From positions 19,771 through 83,770 of the forward strand of contig JAQUGH010000001.1 in assembly GCA_028684195.1 (NCBI GenBank): a stretch of DNA of 64,000 nucleotides, read 5' to 3'. Source of the DNA: Clostridia bacterium. GTDB lineage: Bacteria > Bacillota > Peptococcia > DRI-13 > DTU073. Made by a program: the position numbers and the translations under genes. A model generated the notes under the pieces. That model was not told the origin of the DNA and ran no database searches. It saw nothing but the letters and a program-made list of their open reading frames with translations. This document shows positions 18,778-27,254 of this stretch, piece by piece (positions within the stretch are counted from its first letter, which is position 1; every line of letters begins with the position of its first letter).

Positions 18778-20085
18778 TCACTTGTCTTTCTTTCTAATAG
18801 ATGGGGGCATCTTTTGTGATATTTCCAACATTCCTTCTGCCATCTCTGTTACTTTCTCTCTTAATTTAAATATGCAATCAACCTCATCTGCTTGTCCCCT
18901 TACAATATCTTCTGCCAAAGCTCGACAAGTAGGTGCACCACACGACCCACAATCTAACCCGGGCAAAAATTTTTCAATCACCTCAAGATTCTCCATTTTC
19001 TGCATAGCAATAGCAATATTATCATCCAGTTTTAAAACTTCAATTGGCTTTATTTTTTCCGTAAACATAAGCTCCTGCCAATCAGGATGCTTCGCTAATT
19101 CTTGCTGCTTGTCCACTTTATTTCGTGCCAACCAATCTATGCGAGCTTTTGCCATAAAAGGATTTTCTACAGTAAGCGGTCCGCCAACACAACCTCCTAC
19201 ACATGACAACGCTTCAATAAAATCTACTTCTTTTAACTTACCCATTACTACTTCTTCCAAAACCTTAGTCACATTTTCAACACCATCAACAGCAAGATAT
19301 CGAAGTCCTGAAATGAATCTGCTTTCTCCACCGCTAATTGCCCATCCCACACCTGCTCCAGAGGATTTTTGCAAATCAGGTGCCTTTTTAATATCTTTTA
19401 TTTTACTTAAAAGTAGTCCATATATTTCGGATATCCCAATGACACCATCAACAGCAGAGTTTTTCATACCAACCGGATTTTTTACCCCTGTTACCTTGGC
19501 AGCACAAGGTGAAATGAAAAATACGCCAACTTTTTCCGAAGGATATCCTGCCTTACTCATCTCTTCCTTAGCTATCTTAGCTGCCGTTTCCATAGGTGAC
19601 TTAATTGGAACTATATTATTTATAAGTTCAGGGAATTTTACCTGAATTAATTTTACTACTGCCGGACAAGCCGAAGAAATAACCGGTCTGGGAAAATCCT
19701 TATTACTAAGAAAATCATTTACTGCACGAGTAACCAGTTCCGCACCCAATGCTACTTCCCATACCTTATAAAACCCCAATTCTAACAAACCTGCAATAAT
19801 ATGATTCACTGTAAATTTAGTTCCAAACTGACTATACAAACTCGGAGCTGGAAGAGCAATCGGATATTCATATCCCTTGATTTTTTCCAAAGGATCAGTT
19901 ATGGCTAATTTTGCATGATATGGACAGATCCTTATACACTCGCCACAATCAATACACCGTTCATCGATTATTTTAGCCTTCCCATCACGAACACGAATAG
20001 CCTCCGTAGGACAATGTTTTATACAATTTGTACAACCCCTGCATAACTCTTCATCAAGAGTAACCGAGTGAAAATATGAATCCAC
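18778..20085 (-). CDS. Sensory-type [FeFe]-hydrogenase-like protein (HydS/HfsB-like, no PAS domain seen)
   Basis: Two ferredoxin motifs are CRGCTNCIKHCP and CIDCGECIRICP. H-cluster-like motifs are SSACPAVV, FISPCAAK and LSCVGGCVGGP. A C-terminal CGSCGAPTCRALAEDI Fe-S motif is also present. Confidence 0.8.
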   Translation of the reverse strand: MDSYFHSVTLDEELCRGCTNCIKHCPTEAIRVRDGKAKIIDERCIDCGECIRICPYHAKLAITDPLEKIKGYEYPIALPAPSLYSQFGTKFTVNHIIAGLLELGFYKVWEVALGAELVTRAVNDFLSNKDFPRPVISSACPAVVKLIQVKFPELINNIVPIKSPMETAAKIAKEEMSKAGYPSEKVGVFFISPCAAKVTGVKNPVGMKNSAVDGVIGISEIYGLLLSKIKDIKKAPDLQKSSGAGVGWAISGGESRFISGLRYLAVDGVENVTKVLEEVVMGKLKEVDFIEALSCVGGCVGGPLTVENPFMAKARIDWLARNKVDKQQELAKHPDWQELMFTEKIKPIEVLKLDDNIAIAMQKMENLEVIEKFLPGLDCGSCGAPTCRALAEDIVRGQADEVDCIFKLREKVTEMAEGMLEISQKMPPSIRKKDK

Positions 20086-20104
20086 CTAATTTCACCCCTT
20101 CATT

Positions 20105-20148
20105 AACAATAGTTTAACAATAGTTTAACAATGGTTCAACAATCGTTC
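20105..20148. repeat. Four tandem 11-bp units AACAAT(A/G/C)GTT(T/C)
   Basis: The units are AACAATAGTTT, AACAATAGTTT, AACAATGGTTC and AACAATCGTTC, read directly. They fill the 64-bp spacer between the kinase-like gene and the hydrogenase-like gene. The same motif array recurs at 49430-49487. Confidence 0.9.
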
Positions 20149-20149
20149 C

Positions 20150-20581
20150 CTACCTAATAATCATCTTAATAGTAGTACCCTTCCCTTTTTGAGATTCTAT
20201 ATTAAATGTATCAGCACAATTTCGCATATTAGGTAACCCCATTCCGGCGCCAAACCCCATTTCCCTAATGCTCTCTGGTGCTGTAGAATATCCTTCTTGC
20301 ATAGCCTTATCTATATTTGGTATACCAGGTCCTGTATCAGTTATTGAGATGCACACTACATCTGGTTTGATTTCAGCTTTTATCACTCCTCCCCAGGAGT
20401 GAATAACCAAATTCATTTCTGCTTCATAAGTAGCAATCGCTACACGCCTTATAAGACTTGAGGGAAACCCTAGCTTCATTAACTTATTTTTTATCTTTGA
20501 ACTAGCCTCTCCAGCGCAGGTGAAATTACCCTTCTCCACAAAATAACTCATGACCATTGGTTTAACTATATTATCTCTCAT
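20150..20581 (-). CDS. RsbW/SpoIIAB-like anti-sigma-type serine kinase (GHKL ATPase domain only)
   Basis: 143 aa. HATPase_c motifs are EAEMNLVIHS (N box), TDTGPGIPN (G1) and GFGAGMGLPN (G2). There is no HisKA domain. Confidence 0.75.
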   Translation of the reverse strand: MRDNIVKPMVMSYFVEKGNFTCAGEASSKIKNKLMKLGFPSSLIRRVAIATYEAEMNLVIHSWGGVIKAEIKPDVVCISITDTGPGIPNIDKAMQEGYSTAPESIREMGFGAGMGLPNMRNCADTFNIESQKGKGTTIKMIIR

Positions 20582-20730
20582 AATTTTAAATCACCATTTT
20601 ATCAAAATTTCCTAATTATTATTTTCAACAACTATTCTCAATAGCATTAACTTAATAACTATCCATACTTATTAAGTCAATAATTTTATTATATATATCT
20701 TTTTGGAGAAATACAAACCTAATCCGTTAT

Positions 20731-21432
20731 TTAACTGCACTTTACATTTTTGATCATGTACCCAACGCCACTACAAGTTACAATATATTCAGGATTTCCA
20801 GCATCACGCTCAATTTTTTGTCTTAATCTTCCCACACTCACTCTTAAATAATGGGTACAATCCTTATATTCACTTCCCCAAATTTCTTCCAATAGTTCAT
20901 CGTGATGTACTACTTTACCTGCATTATTAGCTAAATAAGTTAAAAGTTTAAATTCAGTAGGAGTTAAATGTGCTACATGTCCATCAACCGATACCTGTCT
21001 TTGTGCTAGATCAATTAAAAGACTGCCCAGTTTAATTCTATCAGAAGAATTTTGCGAAAGGTTGTTTTTAACCCTTCGCAAAACAGCATTAACTCGTGCC
21101 AATAATTCTTCTACTGCAAAAGGTTTTGAAACATAATCGTCAGCCCCTGCATTCAAACCTTCTACAGCATCCTGCATATCACCTTTTGCCGTAATCATAA
21201 TGATAGGTACATCTGATTTCTTTCTAATACGTCTACACACCTCTAATCCATCTAATTCCGGAAGCATAATGTCCAGAATTATTACATCCAGTTTTGATGT
21301 TTCAAATTTAGACAAAGCTTCTAAACCTGTCATAGCAGATACCACTTCATATCCACTAGCCCTGAGATTTGCTCTTATAAAGCGTAAAATATTTGACTCA
21401 TCATCTACTACTAAAGCTACTAGCTTGTTCAT
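20731..21432 (-). CDS. OmpR-family DNA-binding response regulator
   Basis: 233 aa. The receiver domain has VVDDE...DVIILDIMLP...ITAKG. The C-terminal winged helix has LTPTEFKLLTYLA...GVGY. There is a 4-bp overlap with the upstream kinase gene. Confidence 0.9.
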   Translation of the reverse strand: MNKLVALVVDDESNILRFIRANLRASGYEVVSAMTGLEALSKFETSKLDVIILDIMLPELDGLEVCRRIRKKSDVPIIMITAKGDMQDAVEGLNAGADDYVSKPFAVEELLARVNAVLRRVKNNLSQNSSDRIKLGSLLIDLAQRQVSVDGHVAHLTPTEFKLLTYLANNAGKVVHHDELLEEIWGSEYKDCTHYLRVSVGRLRQKIERDAGNPEYIVTCSGVGYMIKNVKCS

Positions 21433-24161
21433 TTTTCTTCCCCCTCCACATTTTTACATGGTAAAGTAAAATAAAATTCACTGCCTTTGCCTAAACTACT
21501 TTCAACCCAAATAGAACCCCCATGATTCTTTATTATCCATTTTGTAATAGCAAGCCCGACGCCACTACCATTAATGCGTAATGCCATTTTATTTTCAACA
21601 CGATAAAATCTTTTAAAAATATCTTTATGATATTGAGGTGCTATCCCTATGCCTTGATCTATTACTCCCACCTTTATCATATTTTCTTTTTTTAAATATC
21701 CTAATTTTACATAAATAACCTTCTCTGCGGAAGAATATTTTACTGCATTTTCCAATAGGTTATTAAGAACATGTTCTATCCTCTGTTCATCCATCACAAT
21801 AATAGGTAGATCCCCTCTATCATCTACCTTGAAAATATTTTTAGGATACCTATCCCTTAAACGTTTTAAAACCCTAGCCGTAATTTTACTAATGTTAGCA
21901 TTATGTAGATTTAGTTTAAAAACTCCAGCCTCTATCTTAGAAATATCCATAATATTATCTATTAAATATTCTAATCTTTTACTTTCCTCAATAATAGCTT
22001 TAATAAAATCCGTCTTTTCATCCTCAGTCCAAGTTACACCCTGTCTTAAAAGAGAGTCCGCACTCCCATAGATCGTAGTCAATGGAGAACGAAATTCATG
22101 CGATACAGTAGATAATATAGAATCCTTTAAAATATTCACTTGTCTTTCTCGTGTTACATCACGCATAACATATCCATAACCAATAAAAGTCTTACCCGTC
22201 ATTACAGGAAACCCCTGTACCTTATAATAATTAGTATTATCCTTATATGTGACTGAACCCTTCCCATATTCATATGCCTGTTGCTCTTTATAACATTTTT
22301 TCATCTCATCCCAAGGTAGCTCTATTAATGTTTCAGGATCTATATAGTTACGAAATTCTGATATGTATAAATCCGCAGTCCATTCTGATTCTTTCAAATG
22401 AAATATTTTTAGTAATAATGGATTTACATATATTATTTTCCCCCTCGTATCAAGTATAATAATCCCCTCATGCATACCATTAATCACAGCAAGCAATGTA
22501 TGATGTTCCTCATTTACTACATTAAAAAGAGCCAAATTGCTTATAACTACCCCAAGCTGATTAGCAACAGCTTGCAATACAATAATCTCTTGATCTTTAA
22601 AACGATTTGCGACACGACTCGTTAAAGTCACCGCACCTAATACAACATCTTGGTATCTAATAGGCACACTAACAAGAGATCTCATATCACTCCAACAAAG
22701 CGCAAGTGGAACATTTTTTTCATTTTTCTGCAAATCATCAATTACAACAATATCTCTTTTTTCCATAGCCAATTTACTGTACCAGCCAGTACATTCCGTA
22801 TAAATTATCTTCTCAGTCCGTGGATAGTTTGCACCCCAAATCGTATGTACAAGTTTTTCATTATCTGTCCTATGAAGATAGATATTAGCTAATTCTACTT
22901 CAAACAACTTCATTACTTCATTTAAAACTAAATTTATAACATCGGTTAAATTACAAGTCTCATTTACAGAAGAAACAACAGCATATAATGTAGCCATCTC
23001 TTTATCTTTCATAACAAGTTCCCTTGTTCGCTCTCTAACTCGCCTTTCAAGATTATTTCCATGCTTTTTAAGCATGGAATCTACTTTTTCTAGATTATCT
23101 GCCATAGAATTAAATCCTTCACCCAACTTATTTATTTCCGGAAGTATATTATTTCTTGCAAATTCAACCCGATACGCTAAATTTCCTATTGCCAATTCTG
23201 AATTAGCCTTATTAATCTGAGACAAAGGAATAACTATTTTATTAATTAACGATTTTTTAATAGAGAATATAACAAATACTCCTAGCAACAATATCCCAAA
23301 AGATATACCCATTGCCTTATACAAAGGTAGCAACACCTCGTAACGCGGTGCAGTCACCCACATTGTCCAACCTAAATTATTTAATTTTAAATAACAAGCT
23401 GTTTCACCAAGTTTAGATAACGGAGAAAAATAATTTAATGAACCTTCCGATGATTTCTTTAAAGCATTTAAAATTGGATAATTCTCAGGAAAAGAATCTA
23501 CCTTTCTATCATAAGAATAGATCACTCGATTATTGCCATCTACTAAAACAAAATGTCCTAAAGATGCCATATCCCCTTTCTTTAATAATCTATATATTTC
23601 ATCCATATCTAAAGTACCTATAACATACCCACAATACCTTCCTTCCTTAGTTTTTATCGGTTTAGCTACAAAAATTATTTCATTTCCGTTATGCTCTCGT
23701 ATAACCTGACTTACTATAGATGTCTCTGCTCTTTTAAATTTACTTGTAACATTATTCCATAGACATCTATCCTTTTCTAAAATATAATACGCCGTTATTT
23801 CATCATATTTAGAGCTAAACTGACAAGCTTCACAATTTAAAAATATATCAACAAAGCCCTCATAATGCTCCGCATATTTTTCAATCATATCCTTCAGTTT
23901 TGTACCTTTTAAATTACATTGAGAATTATAAAACTGTCCTGCCTGTTCACTTATATTATTCACAGCAAAAATATACTTGTTAATATAACGTGTTAATTCT
24001 TCTGCTTGTTCTACAACAGCAGAAGAATAATTTGCTTTTAGCTCTTTCTCTTTTTCTATTAAATCAAAAGTAACATAAATACCCAGTATAGCAAGCGGTA
24101 TTATGGCTAATGCTACTATAATCTTCGTATAAAAAGAAAGCGTCAATTTTTTTTTCAGCAT
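21429..24161 (-). CDS. Multi-domain sensor histidine kinase (periplasmic Cache-like, HAMP, GAF, PAS, HisKA, HATPase)
   Basis: 910 aa with two TM helices flanking a ~250-aa extracytoplasmic domain. The HAMP region includes LAIGNLAYRVE and the H-box is VSHEFRSPLTTI. The N/G boxes are LENAVKYS, DQGIGI and GSGVGLAI. Confidence 0.85.
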   Translation of the reverse strand: MLKKKLTLSFYTKIIVALAIIPLAILGIYVTFDLIEKEKELKANYSSAVVEQAEELTRYINKYIFAVNNISEQAGQFYNSQCNLKGTKLKDMIEKYAEHYEGFVDIFLNCEACQFSSKYDEITAYYILEKDRCLWNNVTSKFKRAETSIVSQVIREHNGNEIIFVAKPIKTKEGRYCGYVIGTLDMDEIYRLLKKGDMASLGHFVLVDGNNRVIYSYDRKVDSFPENYPILNALKKSSEGSLNYFSPLSKLGETACYLKLNNLGWTMWVTAPRYEVLLPLYKAMGISFGILLLGVFVIFSIKKSLINKIVIPLSQINKANSELAIGNLAYRVEFARNNILPEINKLGEGFNSMADNLEKVDSMLKKHGNNLERRVRERTRELVMKDKEMATLYAVVSSVNETCNLTDVINLVLNEVMKLFEVELANIYLHRTDNEKLVHTIWGANYPRTEKIIYTECTGWYSKLAMEKRDIVVIDDLQKNEKNVPLALCWSDMRSLVSVPIRYQDVVLGAVTLTSRVANRFKDQEIIVLQAVANQLGVVISNLALFNVVNEEHHTLLAVINGMHEGIIILDTRGKIIYVNPLLLKIFHLKESEWTADLYISEFRNYIDPETLIELPWDEMKKCYKEQQAYEYGKGSVTYKDNTNYYKVQGFPVMTGKTFIGYGYVMRDVTRERQVNILKDSILSTVSHEFRSPLTTIYGSADSLLRQGVTWTEDEKTDFIKAIIEESKRLEYLIDNIMDISKIEAGVFKLNLHNANISKITARVLKRLRDRYPKNIFKVDDRGDLPIIVMDEQRIEHVLNNLLENAVKYSSAEKVIYVKLGYLKKENMIKVGVIDQGIGIAPQYHKDIFKRFYRVENKMALRINGSGVGLAITKWIIKNHGGSIWVESSLGKGSEFYFTLPCKNVEGEEK

Positions 24162-24184
24162 AAAAGCCTCCTGAAACTACTATC

Positions 24185-25807
24185 TCATTTTCCCCATTTT
24201 CTTAAAAACGACCCTCTTGCTCTTTCAACTACTATGCTCTTATCAGTATCCATTTCTTTTAGTATTATCATCGCTTTATCTGAACCTATGGTACCAAGAG
24301 CTTTTACAGCACGAAACCGTACCTTTGCCAACCGATCTTTTAACATTGGAATTAAATATGGCAGTGCCGGTTCTCCTATCATTTGTAAAGCATCGCAAAC
24401 AACAGTCGCTTTTTTTACACTTTTCTTCAATTCAACTATCAAAAGAGGTATGCTCGAGGTACTCTCAATTAATCCTAATCCAATTATTCCAGCTTCCCAC
24501 AAATTATTAGATGAATTATGCAATAAAGAGATAAACCAAGGCTCCATTTTTTTCTTGTATCTTTTACTTAAAACATAAATATATTCATCAAGTGAACTTT
24601 CTTCTAATTGTTCAATATTGCTAATAATAATTGGTATATCTTCTTCAGTTCCCCATTTTACTAAATTTGTAATTTCATTAGAAGTCAATTCTCTTTTAGA
24701 AATTTCCCCTTTTTCTTTCCTTTTCTTAACCAAAGAATACACATTACTTTCTGAACCTGCAGATCTTTTATGTTTTAATATTTTATTATAAAAGCTAACA
24801 TATTTTTCATGGGGAAGGTAATTCTTTTGAAACAGCACGTTACATACGCAATAAAATTTATCGTCTAAATTTAAACGACAAGCTTTTCCACCACTAATAG
24901 CTAAAAGCGGTACCCCTTCCTCTTTTAATGGAGATACCCATAAAGTTTGACGAAACTCTGGTATTTCTTTCAAAACATCTTGCATGATTTTTTTTACAGA
25001 ATCATGTTCTACTCCATTAATTAAATCACCTGAAAGATATATACTATAACACTCAATTGGTACATCATCTAACTCAAGAACAACTTTTCTTCCTATCCAT
25101 ACAATAATGAAATCATTCACAATTTCAGAGCATTTGCTATTTTGAATACGAGCTACCGCATCCAAAATATGTCTTGATACTACTTCTTCTGACTCCTCCA
25201 CGTTACCTATTCTTTTTAAGATTGCTGTATAATCCAAATAAAAACCCCAAGCCTTTTGGAGAAGTTGTCTTTCTGTAATATTATCATCATTTATACTATT
25301 TTTATGGAATTTAGGCAAAAGCAACTGCCTTTCTCTTTTTAAATATCTTTCAACATTATATAATAAAGTTTGAGAAAGTGAAGAAACTTTATATCCACCG
25401 CATACGTATTCTCCTTCAAAAGAATAAATAAAATATATATTTACCTGCTTATTTTCTATCAACCTGCTTAAAATATAAAATTCCATAGGCTTAGCTACAT
25501 TAAAATTCAAAGAATAAACCATATCTTTATTTCCGTAATAAGAAAATTTTAGATCTAAACAACCATTTTTACTTAACTTCATATCGCAATGCTCCTGAGC
25601 TCCTAAAAGATTCTCTATGCTCTCCTCTGAAAATAATAAAAAATAAAAATCAATTTCCCCTAACCAATTTATATTAAAGCAAGCCTTTGCCCCTTTTTTA
25701 AAAGCATTAATAATATCGCAATGTCCTAACGAGTTAAGATAAGGTTCTTCTTGGTTAGGTGGCACAGTAAATGTATAGATTTTAAACTTATTATTACGCT
25801 GATTCAT
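24185..25807 (-). CDS. Hypothetical protein with C-terminal HEAT/PBS-lyase-like repeats, first gene of the kinase-regulator operon
   Basis: 540 aa. No motif was recognised in the first ~400 aa. The C-terminus (EPALPYLIPMLKDRLAKVRFRAVKALGTIGSDKA) looks like HEAT_2/PBS lyase repeats. A 23-bp gap separates it from the kinase start. Confidence 0.5.
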   Translation of the reverse strand: MNQRNNKFKIYTFTVPPNQEEPYLNSLGHCDIINAFKKGAKACFNINWLGEIDFYFLLFSEESIENLLGAQEHCDMKLSKNGCLDLKFSYYGNKDMVYSLNFNVAKPMEFYILSRLIENKQVNIYFIYSFEGEYVCGGYKVSSLSQTLLYNVERYLKRERQLLLPKFHKNSINDDNITERQLLQKAWGFYLDYTAILKRIGNVEESEEVVSRHILDAVARIQNSKCSEIVNDFIIVWIGRKVVLELDDVPIECYSIYLSGDLINGVEHDSVKKIMQDVLKEIPEFRQTLWVSPLKEEGVPLLAISGGKACRLNLDDKFYCVCNVLFQKNYLPHEKYVSFYNKILKHKRSAGSESNVYSLVKKRKEKGEISKRELTSNEITNLVKWGTEEDIPIIISNIEQLEESSLDEYIYVLSKRYKKKMEPWFISLLHNSSNNLWEAGIIGLGLIESTSSIPLLIVELKKSVKKATVVCDALQMIGEPALPYLIPMLKDRLAKVRFRAVKALGTIGSDKAMIILKEMDTDKSIVVERARGSFLRKWGK

Positions 25808-25972
25808 TAAATCCTCCGTAGGTCTATAATTTTAGATTTTAGTTACATATATTATATTAGTTTTCTACAAAACAATCTATTTTCCCTTTATTTTTGATAT
25901 ATTAACTGATATATTTGCTTTTTTTATTTAACCATTCTCACTTTTAGTAAAATTCTTTTTCTCTAAATACGA

Positions 25973-26005
25973 CAAAAAATCTTTCATCCTTTTCCAATGA
26001 AAGAT
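25973..26005 (-). terminator. Intrinsic terminator after the 316-aa membrane protein gene
   Basis: On the minus strand, AUCUUUCAU-loop-AUGAAAGAU is followed by UUUUUUG. Confidence 0.7.
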
Positions 26006-26027
26006 AGGGTTAAAAATAAATAATATT

Positions 26028-26978
26028 TTATAGTCCCTCTTTTTCAAAATATGTTTCACTCTCCTGGATTTTTAACTCCTTTATTATTAACGCAAAAGCT
26101 AAACTCAACAAACTAATACCAGCCAAAATATTTAAATAAACAACACCTATGCGATACCACGACATCAATAAAAGAATAACACTGTACATAATATAGCTTC
26201 CAAAATGCTTTCTTTCTAAAATTTCTCTTTTTATTAAATTCAACCTTTTTTGTCTCTTCGCTTTTTTGTGATTAATTATATCTTCCACTTCTGATAAAGA
26301 CGGAAAAAGAAAAGTGTTCTTTAATAAATATATCAATTTATCACTATTATATAATCTAAGATCTATATCATATCTTTGTTTCAAATTCATCGCATTATCT
26401 CCAAATTCTCCATTTGTAAAAACCCGTACTTGCTGTATTCCTTCTTGAATACATCTTCTAATAACACTCATCAAGTCTTTTGTTGCTACCATATCTTCCC
26501 CTGTTACCTCTAAGTAGATAACCGCTAATTTTTTGTAATTTAATATTCCTTCTAACATCCCCTCATTTGTTTTTATATGGGTCGCTAACTTTTTTTTCTC
26601 AATTTCTTTTCCTAGTAACATTAATATTTTATCGTCTTGAACTTTTTCTACTCTCTTCCAAAATTCTTTTTCTGCGATTTTTTTATAGCAATTTTTTTTA
26701 AGTTGCTTATTTTCTTTTTTTTGTTCAAAATATCTGAATATGATAATTACAATAGCAATGATAAGAACTCCCCACAAAGCTACTCGCATTGTAGAGGACT
26801 TCCACACTATTACTAACGATAAAAAAGTAAACAATACAGTATTTTGAAATAAACAACTTGCTGAGGAAACACAGGTACTCTGTCTTCTATAATATTCCTT
26901 TAATAGCTTTTGTTCTTGCCTTTTACCCCAACTGGTTTTTATCTTTTTAACAATATCTGTATATGGCACAGTGATCAC
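26028..26978 (-). CDS. Membrane protein with a central Mrr_cat-like (restriction-endonuclease-fold) domain
   Basis: 316 aa with TM helices near both ends. The central segment LAVIYLEVTGEDMVATKDLMSVIRRCIQEGIQQVRVFTNGEFGDNAMNL...LYNSDKLIYLL resembles the Mrr catalytic-fold layout. The assignment is tentative. Confidence 0.4.
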   Translation of the reverse strand: MITVPYTDIVKKIKTSWGKRQEQKLLKEYYRRQSTCVSSASCLFQNTVLFTFLSLVIVWKSSTMRVALWGVLIIAIVIIIFRYFEQKKENKQLKKNCYKKIAEKEFWKRVEKVQDDKILMLLGKEIEKKKLATHIKTNEGMLEGILNYKKLAVIYLEVTGEDMVATKDLMSVIRRCIQEGIQQVRVFTNGEFGDNAMNLKQRYDIDLRLYNSDKLIYLLKNTFLFPSLSEVEDIINHKKAKRQKRLNLIKREILERKHFGSYIMYSVILLLMSWYRIGVVYLNILAGISLLSLAFALIIKELKIQESETYFEKEGL

Positions 26979-27172
26979 CCCTACCTAAAGTCTTACCAGA
27001 AAATTGATTTCTAAACATTAGGTTGATACAGCAAAGGATAAAGTGATACTTCGCAATTTCAATAATATAACTAAAGACAATAATGATTATAGCACGTTAC
27101 TGTATATGTAATAACAGGTATTTTTTAGGAGCTGTTTTAATGATATTTTTATTTGCTTTTACATAACTTTTT

Positions 27173-27214
27173 TCAAAAAAATGAACTCCCAAATTAAAGG
27201 AGTTCATTTTTTTG
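27173..27214. terminator. Bidirectional intrinsic terminator
   Basis: AUGAACUCC-loop-GGAGUUCAU flanked by an A-run and a U-run, just downstream of the CoADR-like gene. Confidence 0.75.
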
Positions 27215-27254
27215 TATTTTATACTAAAGTTTACCTAATCTTTTGTTGAAATTT

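Noticed and set aside
18737-19645. 302-aa plus-strand ORF, the largest unexplained ORF in the track
   Set aside because: It is entirely antisense to the well-supported hydrogenase-like gene. The translation is low-complexity (S/T/P/F/I-rich) with no motif, no RBS and no start context. This is a typical shadow ORF of an AT-rich coding region.
20105-20148. Possibility that the short tandem repeat arrays (20105, 32281, 45234, 46634, 49430, 59601) are CRISPR arrays
   Set aside because: The units are only 6-16 bp and directly abutting, with no unique spacers of 25-40 bp. No cas genes are present in the window.
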